From contig CASFCW010000031.1 of the NCBI GenBank assembly GCA_949293165.1, forward strand, positions 2,168-66,167: a stretch of DNA of 64,000 nucleotides, read 5' to 3'. This document shows positions 37,715 to 46,016 of the stretch, one piece after another (the first letter of the stretch is position 1; every line of letters starts with the position of its first letter). This stretch comes from an uncultured bacterium. Its GTDB lineage: Bacteria; Bacillota; Clostridia; Oscillospirales; Oscillospiraceae. Under the pieces are notes generated by a model that worked only from the letters and a program-made list of their open reading frames with translations, was not told the DNA's origin and did not search any database. The position numbers were made by a program, and so were the translations under genes.

Positions 37715-38690
37715 ATTCCCCAGCCAGCCTGGGTTCATAGCCCAGCCGGTTCAGCATCGCCAGGTCGGTTTCCACCGTAATGCCTGCGGTGGTCAGCATG
37801 TCGCCGGAAATTGCCGCGTTGGCCCCGGAGCGGAAGCACTGCTCCCCCTTGTCCGGCATCAGGCCCCTGCCCCCCGCCAGACGGATGGCCGCCCTGGGCA
37901 GGAGGAACCGGTACACCGCCGCAATGCGGCGCATCTCCTCCACCGTCAGGCGCCGGTTGTTCTCAAAGGGAGTTCCGGGAATGGGATTGAGCATATTCAC
38001 CGGCACGCTCCCAATCCCCAGCTCCCGGAGGGACAGGGCCATATCAACGCGGTCCTCCACCGTCTCCCCCAGGCCCATGATTCCGCCGCTGCACACAGAC
38101 AGCCCGGCAGCCTGGGCGGCCCGGATAGCGGCCACCTTGTCCTCAAAGGTGTGGGTGGTGCAGATGTTCGGGAAATTCCGCCGGGAGGATTCCAGGTTGT
38201 TATGTACCCGGCTGGCCCCCGCCTGCTTCAATTTCCGGTACTGCCCCTCATCCAGCAGCCCGAAGGAGACGCACACGGCGATGCCGCACTCCTCCCGGAT
38301 GCGCCGGATGGCAGCGCACATCCGATCCACCTCCTGGTCAGACAGCCGCTTGCCAGAGGTGACAATGGAGTAGCGCAGCACCCCCTGGGCCTGGTTCCGC
38401 TTGGCCTGGGCCACCAGCTCCTCCTCCGGCAGCAGCGGATACTCCTCCGCCCCGGTGTGGTTGTGGGCCGACTGGGCGCAAAACCGGCAGTTTTCCGAGC
38501 ACCGGCCGCTTTTCCCGTTGACAATGGTGCACAGGTCAAACCCATCCCCGCAGAAATGGGCCCGAATCCGATCCGCCGCGGCGCAAAGGGCCTCCAGCGG
38601 CTGCTCATACAGCCACAGCGCCTCCTCCCGGGTGATCTCCCCGCCGTCCAGCACCCGGCGTTCCAGGGCCGTCAATTCCATCCCCCTCAT
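37713..38690 (-). CDS. bioB: Biotin synthase (radical SAM)
   Basis: CSENCRFC (CxxxCxxC), NGKSGRC, HNNLE, CSGGIMGLGET, SVPVN, RLAGGR. Confidence 0.95.
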   Translation of the reverse strand: MRGMELTALERRVLDGGEITREEALWLYEQPLEALCAAADRIRAHFCGDGFDLCTIVNGKSGRCSENCRFCAQSAHNHTGAEEYPLLPEEELVAQAKRNQAQGVLRYSIVTSGKRLSDQEVDRMCAAIRRIREECGIAVCVSFGLLDEGQYRKLKQAGASRVHNNLESSRRNFPNICTTHTFEDKVAAIRAAQAAGLSVCSGGIMGLGETVEDRVDMALSLRELGIGSVPVNMLNPIPGTPFENNRRLTVEEMRRIAAVYRFLLPRAAIRLAGGRGLMPDKGEQCFRSGANAAISGDMLTTAGITVETDLAMLNRLGYEPRLAGE

Positions 38691-38735
38691 CCTTTCCTCT
38701 TTCCGGGACTTCCATTCGTCCCTTTTGTCCAGATG

Positions 38736-38764
38736 ATGGTACCACAGCCCCTGTCCATTGTCAA
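38736..38764 (-). promoter_or_regulatory. Sigma-A promoter of bioB
   Basis: TTGACA-17bp-TACCAT with TGn extension; the -35 overlaps the BirA half-site. Confidence 0.72.
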
Positions 38765-38790
38765 CCTATATGCCGTTTTACGTTTACATA
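38757..38790. promoter_or_regulatory. BirA (biotin repressor) operator
   Basis: atTGTCAAC-N16-GTTTACAta matches the Firmicutes BirA consensus wwTGTtAAC-N(14-16)-GTTaACAww, upstream of bioB. Confidence 0.8.
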
Positions 38791-38872
38791 TATTCCTACA
38801 TAGGAAGCGCCGGGAAACCCAAGTCGGGTCCCCCGGCGCCTGCTTCCAGGCCGGCATCCCTCCAGGTCCGGA

Positions 38873-39577
38873 TCAGGAGTTGGGGAGATGAATGTCCTGG
38901 TAATACTTGTAGTTTGGGAATTTCCGCATGAAATGGTCGGCCATGTAGTAGGCGGCCTCCTGGGGCTTGTGATCCCGGATGGCCTGGAAGATCTTTAAAT
39001 GGCTGGTATAAAACTCGCTTCCGTCCGTGACGCTGATGAGGTCGGCAATCAGGTCCAGAATGCTCAGATAGATGGATTCAATCAGCCGGTTCCCACACAG
39101 GCTGACAATGTAGGAGTGGAACCGGTTGTTATAGTGCTTTCTGGTTTCAATGTCGGCGCCGTTTTCCGTCTCCGCCTTGATCTCGTCCATCAGCTTCTGA
39201 AATTCCGCCGTCTGCTCCGGCGTAATTTTGGAGGCGGCCAGGGAGGCCATCTGCACCTCCAGGATGTACCGGAATTCCAGAATATCATCCTGATTCCCAC
39301 TGTCCAGGTAGAAACGGATGGCCAGCGGGTTGAATACGTCCATGGAGTCGGCGGTGATGTAGTTGCCGTCCCCCTGACGGCTGCGGATCACGCCCAGCAC
39401 CTCCAGGGCGCTGATGGCCTGCTTCAGGGCGGGCCGGCCCACCCCCAGCATCTCGGCCATCTGCCGCTCCGGCGGAAGCCGGTCGCCCTTTTTCAGCTCT
39501 CCTTTCAGAATCATATCCTGAATCTGCGCTACAATCTTTTTGTATACAGAGACATTCCCCTCAATTGGTTGAAACAT
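38873..39577 (-). CDS. GntR family (FadR subfamily) regulator
   Basis: GDRLPPERQMAEMLGVGR...RQGDGNY wHTH; FCD domain with NNRFH and SH metal-ligand pattern. Confidence 0.93.
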   Translation of the reverse strand: MFQPIEGNVSVYKKIVAQIQDMILKGELKKGDRLPPERQMAEMLGVGRPALKQAISALEVLGVIRSRQGDGNYITADSMDVFNPLAIRFYLDSGNQDDILEFRYILEVQMASLAASKITPEQTAEFQKLMDEIKAETENGADIETRKHYNNRFHSYIVSLCGNRLIESIYLSILDLIADLISVTDGSEFYTSHLKIFQAIRDHKPQEAAYYMADHFMRKFPNYKYYQDIHLPNS

Positions 39578-39774
39578 AGATTTCCATTTCTCCTCTTCTC
39601 AAAGTCTGATCTCAGTCAGGCGTTTCGATTCCATTTGCCCCATATTCCAAGGGCATCCCATCTTCAACATGACAGTATATCACACTTTAATCCGTTTCGA
39701 AATATACGAATTTAATAATTGAGGGGCTTTCTCTCCCTCCCGCTTATACAAAGCCCCGGAATGGAAACCGGCGT

Positions 39775-41181
39775 TTATTTGCCCCCTCCAGATCTGCGCC
39801 TAACCAGCTTGGCGGCAGACAATATCTTCCGGTCCAGGGAAAGCCCCTGCAGCAGGAAAAGCAGTGCCACCGCCAGGTATGGAATCACCTGGGCACGCTG
39901 CAGCAGCCCCCCCGTCACCCCCAGAAGGGCGCTGGGGGTGGCGACGTTGGAGTGCCACGGGATTAGCAGGCTCAGGTACAGGCACCCCACAAAGGACGCC
40001 GTACACAAATCGCCTTTGCTCCACCCCTTTTCCTCGTAAACCGGTGCCAGACAGGAAAGGGTGAAAATAAAGGAACACATGCCAGACGCTGAGAGAATGT
40101 TCAGCACAAAGCCCAGCAGCACGGTGAGCCCCGTAGCCTTCAGCCTGCTGTCCGCTTTGGACAGCAGCGGCGCAGCCACCAGCCGGATTACGCCGCACTC
40201 CTCCAGCACCCCGAACAGGCTAAAGGCCAGGAGAAACAGGATAACGGTGTCGGCCATACTTTTCATCCCTCCGCCGCCGAAGTACGCTTGCATCTCCACC
40301 GCCGTTTCCGGGTAAACCGGGCCGTTCCACAGGGCGGAAACCACCTCTGATACGCCAACCCCCTGGTAGGAAACGGCGATTGCCGCCCCGGCGGCAGTCC
40401 CCGCAGCGATGGCCAAGAGCGCCGGCAGGCGTTTATACAGCATCAGGACAACCAGCACGATGGGGGCATAGGGCACCAGCCCCACCCGGAACGCACTCCT
40501 GATTTCCGCAACCAGGGCGGCAGACTCCGCAGACCCCGCCGCGGCGCCGTGCAGGAGGAACCCCGCCACACTGAACCCAGCTGTACAGATTGCGGCAATG
40601 GGAAAAACAATCTTCCGCTGACTGCCCATAACTTGGGCCAGGGGCAGCTCCAAAGCCGATGCCACCAGATTGGTGCAGTCGGCCAGCGGCGAGATGCCAT
40701 ACCCTAAAAACGACCCAGACAACAGCGCGGCCAGCACCAGGTTTACAGACAGGTGAAGGCTTTTCCCAACCACCAGGAGGATTAGGCCCATGGTACCCAG
40801 CGTGCCGAACACTGTGCCCGTCATAAAGCCAAACAGGAAGCAGCAGAGAAAGGATGCCAGGGGAAACACCGTCCCGTTGACAAAGGACACCCCGAAAATA
40901 GTCAGTGCCGGCAAGGTGCCGCTGACGTTCCACGCTCCAACCATAGCGCCGGCACAAAGCAGAAACAACACGGGGGAAAAGGCCCTGCTCCACGCGCTGG
41001 CTGCCCCCTTCTGCAGCCGCTGGAAGGGATAGCCCAGCCTGACCAGCACAAACACCACGGCAAACCAGGCAATCAAAAACAAGGTCTGGATTTTCGCCCC
41101 AAACAGCAGGGCCGGCAGGGCCACAACAGACAACGTGCCAATCATAATACACGTCGCCATTCCCACGGTAATCGGCTTCAT
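39775..41181 (-). CDS. NhaC-family transporter, divergent paralogue
   Basis: GAMVGAWNVSGTLP, GTVFGT, SG....ISPLADCTN and LIPW motifs recognisable but eroded; about 12 TM; GGAGG RBS. Confidence 0.75.
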   Translation of the reverse strand: MKPITVGMATCIMIGTLSVVALPALLFGAKIQTLFLIAWFAVVFVLVRLGYPFQRLQKGAASAWSRAFSPVLFLLCAGAMVGAWNVSGTLPALTIFGVSFVNGTVFPLASFLCCFLFGFMTGTVFGTLGTMGLILLVVGKSLHLSVNLVLAALLSGSFLGYGISPLADCTNLVASALELPLAQVMGSQRKIVFPIAAICTAGFSVAGFLLHGAAAGSAESAALVAEIRSAFRVGLVPYAPIVLVVLMLYKRLPALLAIAAGTAAGAAIAVSYQGVGVSEVVSALWNGPVYPETAVEMQAYFGGGGMKSMADTVILFLLAFSLFGVLEECGVIRLVAAPLLSKADSRLKATGLTVLLGFVLNILSASGMCSFIFTLSCLAPVYEEKGWSKGDLCTASFVGCLYLSLLIPWHSNVATPSALLGVTGGLLQRAQVIPYLAVALLFLLQGLSLDRKILSAAKLVRRRSGGGK

Positions 41182-41270
41182 TTCTTACGCCTCCAGGTAT
41201 TTCATGTCCTCACTGCATATCACCGGCCAATGCATCGAGAGCCGCCTGCGCTTCTTAAACCGATTGACAA

Positions 41271-41299
41271 GGCGGCGGCCAGACACGCCAGCCGCCGCC
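41271..41299. repeat. GC hairpin between the two NhaC genes
   Basis: ggcggcggc-N11-gccgccgcc. Confidence 0.5.
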
Positions 41300-41317
41300 C
41301 AGTGTTGAGGGGACAAT

Positions 41318-42745
41318 TTAAGTTTGGTCTTTTTCCTCGTCCTCCGGCTTGATCCGCACCAGGCCGATACCCAGGAACCCCCAGAGGATGGCGAAGATGA
41401 ATCCTGCGTAACAGAACACCGCCCAGGGGACATAGCTGAACGTAGCCACACCCAGGGTGCCGGACATATAGGCGCCGCCTGCAGACCATGGTACCAGAGG
41501 AATGGAGCAGGTGCCTGCGTCCTCCAAGGTCATAGACAGGTTCTTGCCCTGCAGGCCTCGCTCCCTGAAGGACTCTCGGAACAGCTCGCCGCCCATCAGG
41601 ATGGGGATGTAGGCATTGCCAACCACCAGGGCAATAATCAGCACGGAGAGAATGGTAATCAGAATCAAGGTTCCGTCGCTGTGGACGAACTTCTTCAAGG
41701 TGTTCAAAATGACCGTCATGAACCCCGCCGCACTCATGGCGCCGGCGAACAGGAAGGCACAAAACACCTTCAGCATAGTCGTCATCATGCTGGTCATACC
41801 GCCCCGCTGCAGGAGGGACTGAATGGAGGCAGGCACCGCTTCCACGTCGATCCCGCTAATCATGTTGAGTTTAAAGCCTTCAAAGGCGGCGGTAATTACC
41901 GACCCAACTGCGGCGCCCTGATACACCATCGCCAGAATACCGGCCACAACAGAGGCCGCAAACATCACAGGAATGGTGGGTTTTCCCATCGCTGAGCCCA
42001 CCAGAACCACCACAAGGGGGATCAGCAGCAGGATATTAAACTGGTACACGTCCTGCAGACCGGTCATCATTTCCTGGGCGGCTGATGCGTCTACGCTCTC
42101 CACCGCGTCGGCATGGCCGGCAATCAAATAAACGATCAGGCTGACAAGGCTGGCCGGAGCGGTGGTGTAGAACATGTGCTTGATATGCTCAAACAGCGTG
42201 GTCCCCGCAGCCACTGGTGCCAGGTTGGTGGTGTCGGACAGCGGGGACATCTTGTCCCCGAAATATGCGCCGGAAATGATGGCGCCGGCCGCCGCAGGCA
42301 GGTATACGCCCAGGCCCTCCGCCACACCGATCAGCGCCAGGCCAACTGTGCCTACGGAGCCAAAGCTGGTACCGGTGCACACCGACACGATTGCGGTGAT
42401 AATGAACGCACTGGCCAGGAACCAAGCGGGGTTGAGCAGCTTCAACCCATAGTAAATCAGCATCGGAATGGTGCCGGACAGCATCCAAGTGCCGATAATC
42501 ATCCCCACAAACACGAAGATAAAGATGGCCATGAAGGATTTCCCGATTTTGTTGGAAACCGCATCCGCAATCTCATTCCAGGTACTTCCATAAAAAAGCC
42601 CCAAAATCACCGTGAAAAAGGAACAAATCAAAAGGAGCACTTCCACACTGTAGCGGTACACGCCGAATCCAACGCCCAAAACAACCGCCATTACAAGAAT
42701 GGGAAGCACCGCAATTGCAAACGTGGGCTGTCTCTTTTCTTTCAT
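41318..42745 (-). CDS. NhaC-family transporter (Na+/H+ antiporter / MleN-like, possibly amino-acid carrier)
   Basis: GMIIGTWMLSGTIPMLIYYG, GTSFG, SGAYFGDKMSPLSDTTNLA, LEDAGT..LVPW. Confidence 0.9.
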   Translation of the reverse strand: MKEKRQPTFAIAVLPILVMAVVLGVGFGVYRYSVEVLLLICSFFTVILGLFYGSTWNEIADAVSNKIGKSFMAIFIFVFVGMIIGTWMLSGTIPMLIYYGLKLLNPAWFLASAFIITAIVSVCTGTSFGSVGTVGLALIGVAEGLGVYLPAAAGAIISGAYFGDKMSPLSDTTNLAPVAAGTTLFEHIKHMFYTTAPASLVSLIVYLIAGHADAVESVDASAAQEMMTGLQDVYQFNILLLIPLVVVLVGSAMGKPTIPVMFAASVVAGILAMVYQGAAVGSVITAAFEGFKLNMISGIDVEAVPASIQSLLQRGGMTSMMTTMLKVFCAFLFAGAMSAAGFMTVILNTLKKFVHSDGTLILITILSVLIIALVVGNAYIPILMGGELFRESFRERGLQGKNLSMTLEDAGTCSIPLVPWSAGGAYMSGTLGVATFSYVPWAVFCYAGFIFAILWGFLGIGLVRIKPEDEEKDQT

Positions 42746-42784
42746 ACGGAATTCCCCCTCTACCCATGTATTCCGGTGCCCGCG

Positions 42785-43732
42785 TTATTCATCAATGGAC
42801 ACGCCCATAGATTCCGTCATTTTCCTGTATTCCGCGGCAAAACGCTCCGTCAACACCCCCGGCACCTGGGTGCCGATCTTCTTGCCGTCGATCATTTTCA
42901 CGGGGACAATTTCGCCCACGGTGCCGCAGATGAACACCTCGTCGGCGTTATAATACTCGGACACGGTCACATTCCGCTCCTGAACCTCCATGCCCAGGTC
43001 CTTGGCAATCTGGATAATGGTCTTTCTGGTGATGCCGGGCAGCTGGGAGTCGATGGTGGGCAGCACCAGCGCCCCGTCTTTAATCATCTGGAGGTTGGTG
43101 GAGTTGGTCTCCGCCACAAAACCGTTCTGGTCCAGCATGATTGCCTCGTCCGCACCCTGCCGGATGGCCTCGCAGGCAGCCATAATCTGGTTGAGCTGGT
43201 TGCAGCAGTGGATCTTGGGGTCCATGTAGGAGGGGGCGTACCGTTTCAGCCAGGTGGTAATCAGGGTGATGCCTTCCTTATTGAAGATGGGAGGCTTCTG
43301 ATCCACACAAATCACAATGGAGGACTGGGTGACATTCAGGGTGGGATGCATACCCGTCTGTGCCTTGAAGCCCCGGGTCACCTGGAGCCGCATGTGGATA
43401 TCGGTAAATCCGGCGTCCAGATTCCGGCGCACCAGCTCCTTGACAATCTCCTTCAGCTCCTCCTTGGTCTTGCCCACCTCAATGCCCAGGGTGTAGCAGG
43501 ACTCGTACAGCCGCTTGATATGCTCGTCCAGACGGTATACCCGGCGGTCATAGGCCCGGATGCCCTCATACACGCCGTCTCCGTGCTGGAACCCGCTGTC
43601 GTAGACAGAGATCACAGCCTCTGACTTGCGTACATAGTCTCCGTTCACATAGAGGATGGTATCGGCGATCTTCTCCCCGTTCAGCATGATGGAACCGTCT
43701 TGTGTAAGTTGAGACAATTTATACATATTCAT
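42785..43732 (-). CDS. PLP fold-type IV aminotransferase-like protein (BCAT/DAAT family, non-canonical motif)
   Basis: DSGFQHGDGVYEGIRAY, RLDEHIKRLYES, VTRG, AETNSTN, LPGITRK, ADEVFICGTVGEIVPV. Confidence 0.9.
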   Translation of the reverse strand: MNMYKLSQLTQDGSIMLNGEKIADTILYVNGDYVRKSEAVISVYDSGFQHGDGVYEGIRAYDRRVYRLDEHIKRLYESCYTLGIEVGKTKEELKEIVKELVRRNLDAGFTDIHMRLQVTRGFKAQTGMHPTLNVTQSSIVICVDQKPPIFNKEGITLITTWLKRYAPSYMDPKIHCCNQLNQIMAACEAIRQGADEAIMLDQNGFVAETNSTNLQMIKDGALVLPTIDSQLPGITRKTIIQIAKDLGMEVQERNVTVSEYYNADEVFICGTVGEIVPVKMIDGKKIGTQVPGVLTERFAAEYRKMTESMGVSIDE

Positions 43733-43833
43733 TCCTACCCTTCATCTGATACCGACTAATTCAGCTTTTCCTCTGTCCCTTCCCCTGCCGCACGCCGCCG
43801 CGCTTTCGCCGTGCGTCATACCCATCGCCCGTC

Positions 43834-43863
43834 TTGGTATGTTGGTTTTTTGGTAAATTGGTA
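43834..43863. promoter_or_regulatory. Four TTGGT(a/t) direct repeats at exact 8-bp period: candidate FadR/NanR-type operator
   Basis: TTGGT at 43834, 43842, 43850 and 43858, just downstream of the predicted +1. Confidence 0.6.
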
Positions 43864-43878
43864 AGTCCATCTGCCGCT

Positions 43879-43906
43879 ATTATAGCACCTTATATACTGT
43901 TGTCAA
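43879..43906 (-). promoter_or_regulatory. Consensus sigma-A promoter of the aminotransferase-NhaC operon
   Basis: TTGACA-16bp-TATAAT with TGn extension. Confidence 0.8.
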
Positions 43907-44037
43907 GCAATTTTATTTTTTTCGGTGGAAATAAACCGCAGTCTGCTTTTTATGGAGGGTCAAAATCCTTGCGTTTTCCCCAGATGAGGCGGCAGGCCTG
44001 CCGTCCCATTTCCCCTCCTCCCCCAAAGGAAGCGCGC

Positions 44038-44071
44038 AAAAAGCGGCCTGAGGAAATCCTCAGGCCGCTTG
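44038..44071 (-). terminator. Intrinsic terminator after nrdR
   Basis: aagcggcctgagg-aaat-cctcaggccgctt with a T-run on the minus strand. Confidence 0.78.
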
Positions 44072-44094
44072 TCTCCAGTTTTCAGCGGGGCGGG

Positions 44095-44550
44095 TCACCG
44101 CTCCTTAATCAGCTTGCTCAGCTCCTCCATAAAGCTGTTGATATCCCGGAACTGTCTGTATACGGAGGCGAAGCGCACATAAGCCACCTCGTCCACCTTT
44201 TTCAGCCGCTCCATCACCAGCTCCCCGATCTCGGAGGAGGGCACCTCCCGCACCATTTCATTTTGCAGGCTCTGCTCGATTTCGCTGACAATCCCCTCCA
44301 GGGTGCCAACCGAGACCGGCCGCTTTTCACAGGCCCGGATCAGCCCGCTCATCACCTTGTTTCGGTCAAAGCTCTGGCGGCTGCCGTCCTTTTTCACCAC
44401 AACCAGCGGCAGACTCTCTACAAATTCATAGCTGGTAAACCGCTTGTGGCAGGACATGCACTCCCGGCGGCGGCGGATGCTGGCCCCCTCGTCGGCGGGC
44501 CGGGAATCCACCACCTTGCTTTCCAGATAGCCGCAGTAGGGACATTTCAT
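44095..44550 (-). CDS. nrdR: Transcriptional repressor NrdR
   Basis: [31 protein letters not shown]; ATP-cone; [10 protein letters not shown]. Confidence 0.97.
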   Translation of the reverse strand: MKCPYCGYLESKVVDSRPADEGASIRRRRECMSCHKRFTSYEFVESLPLVVVKKDGSRQSFDRNKVMSGLIRACEKRPVSVGTLEGIVSEIEQSLQNEMVREVPSSEIGELVMERLKKVDEVAYVRFASVYRQFRDINSFMEELSKLIKER

Positions 44551-44629
44551 GGGCGTCATCCTTCCTGTTTCAATTCCAGATTTCCCGTACAGTTTACCAT
44601 ATTTTTCTTCGCTGGAACAGCCCCAAATT

Positions 44630-44773
44630 TTATTTTTCTTCTTCCTCCAGGCGGCAGATGATCCAGTCCAGCCGGGCAGCAATTTCCCAAAGCATCCGGT
44701 TCTGCCGTTCCAGCCACGCGTCGAGCTGTGCGTGGGTGGGCTGCTGTTCCTCCCGGGGACAGCAGCGGTTCAT
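44630..44773 (-). CDS. Putative 47-aa small protein
   Basis: Hand-translated [47 protein letters not shown]; GGAGG RBS; ATGA overlap with the upstream mini-ORF. Confidence 0.5.
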   Translation of the reverse strand: MNRCCPREEQQPTHAQLDAWLERQNRMLWEIAARLDWIICRLEEEEK

Positions 44774-44826
44774 TCCGGTCTCCTCCGCGGCCGCCGGCCG
44801 GGGCAGCCCCGCCCTTGTCTGCTCAT
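44770..44826 (-). CDS. Putative 18-aa Arg-rich peptide (leader or coupled mini-ORF)
   Basis: [18 protein letters not shown]; strong AAGGAGG RBS 7 nt upstream. Confidence 0.35.
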   Translation of the reverse strand: MSRQGRGCPGRRPRRRPE

Positions 44827-44867
44827 ACCTCCCCCTCCTTTCCTTTTTTCCATCCTATGTGCCGGAC

Positions 44868-44896
44868 TTGACCGCCGCGCCCCCCCGTGCTAAAAT
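44868..44896 (+). promoter_or_regulatory. Sigma-A promoter of the ABC importer
   Basis: TTGACC-17bp-TAAAAT with TGn extension. Confidence 0.65.
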
Positions 44897-44954
44897 GACC
44901 GGGAAAAGTACCACCCATCTGTCTGGTGGGAATTCCTTGGAAAGGATGTCTGTT

Positions 44955-46016
44955 ATGAAACGAACCCTGTCTCTGCTCCTCTCCGCCGCCGTGGCCCTGT
45001 CCCTGCTGACTGGCTGCGGTCCCAAGACCACAGGCTCCGACAGTTCTTCCGGCTCCGGTTCCGGCTCCTCCTCGGGGGACGTCTCCTCCTCCGGCGCCTA
45101 TGTCCTGCCCAACTTCATGGTGCTGTCCGGCCCCACCGGTGTGGGCGCCGCCAAGCTGCTGGCCGACGACGCCGCCATTGCCGACGGAACCGCCTCCGCC
45201 GGCGAAATGAAGGAAGTGGTGGATCATTTTGAGGTCGTGGCCAACAACCAGGAGGTAAAGGACGCCCTCATCAGCGGCACCACGGACATTGCCGCCATCG
45301 CCACCAACGAAGCCGCCGCCCTGGCCGCCAAGACCGACGGCGCCGTCCAGGTACTGGCGGTGAACACCCTGGGGGTGCTGTACATCCTGGAGAAGGGGAA
45401 CACCGTATACTCTCTGGCTGATCTGGCGGGGAAAACTGTGTATGCCACCGGCCAGGGGGCCAATCCGGAGTACGTGCTCAACTACCTGCTGCGCCAAAGC
45501 GGCGTGCAGCCCAGCCAGGTGGACATCCAGTGGATGACCGCCCAGGAGGTGTCCGCCAAGATGGCCACCTCGGAGGAGGCCATCTGCATGCTGCCTGTTC
45601 CCGCCGCCACCGCCCTGCTCATTCAGGACAGCGGCGTGCGCCAGGCGCTCTCCCTGTCCGAAGTTTGGGATGAGCTGGGCAGCGGCCAGCTGGCCATGGG
45701 GTGCGTTGTTGTCCGCACGGAATATCTGGAAGAAAACCCCCAGGGCGTGGAGGCCTTTCTGGATGCCTACGAGGATTCCCTGAACTATATGATGGATGAG
45801 GCCAACCTGGAGCAGGCCGCCCAGTATGTGGCCCAGTTCGAAATCACCCCCAGCGCCGCCATCGCCCAGAAGGCCATTCCCCAGTGCAGCCTGACCTATA
45901 TCACAGGCGGGGAGATGCGGGACATGCTGGAAAGCTACTATCAGGTGCTTTTCCAGGCCAACCCCGACTCCATCGGCGGCAGCATGCCCTACGACTCCTT
46001 CTATTATGAGGGCTGA
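44955..46016 (+). CDS. ABC transporter substrate-binding lipoprotein (SsuA/NMT1-like)
   Basis: Lipobox LSLLTGC; Ser/Gly linker; GPTGVG, AVNTLGVLYI, GQGANPEYV, LPVP. Confidence 0.85.
   Translation: MKRTLSLLLSAAVALSLLTGCGPKTTGSDSSSGSGSGSSSGDVSSSGAYVLPNFMVLSGPTGVGAAKLLADDAAIADGTASAGEMKEVVDHFEVVANNQEVKDALISGTTDIAAIATNEAAALAAKTDGAVQVLAVNTLGVLYILEKGNTVYSLADLAGKTVYATGQGANPEYVLNYLLRQSGVQPSQVDIQWMTAQEVSAKMATSEEAICMLPVPAATALLIQDSGVRQALSLSEVWDELGSGQLAMGCVVVRTEYLEENPQGVEAFLDAYEDSLNYMMDEANLEQAAQYVAQFEITPSAAIAQKAIPQCSLTYITGGEMRDMLESYYQVLFQANPDSIGGSMPYDSFYYEG

Noticed and set aside
41185-41451. 88-aa ORF bridging the two NhaC genes
   Set aside because: It mostly overlaps the upstream gene out of frame, has no RBS, and its composition is shadow-like.
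43741-43830. GC-rich stem with GAAA-like loop in the aminotransferase leader, considered as a c-di-GMP-I or other riboswitch
   Set aside because: It lacks the GEMM core and tetraloop receptor and has no terminator; no known aptamer consensus fits.
38800-44000. Mobile-element machinery or att sites at the low-GC locus
   Set aside because: No integrase, transposase, tRNA or flanking direct repeats were seen, so mobility is inferred only from composition.
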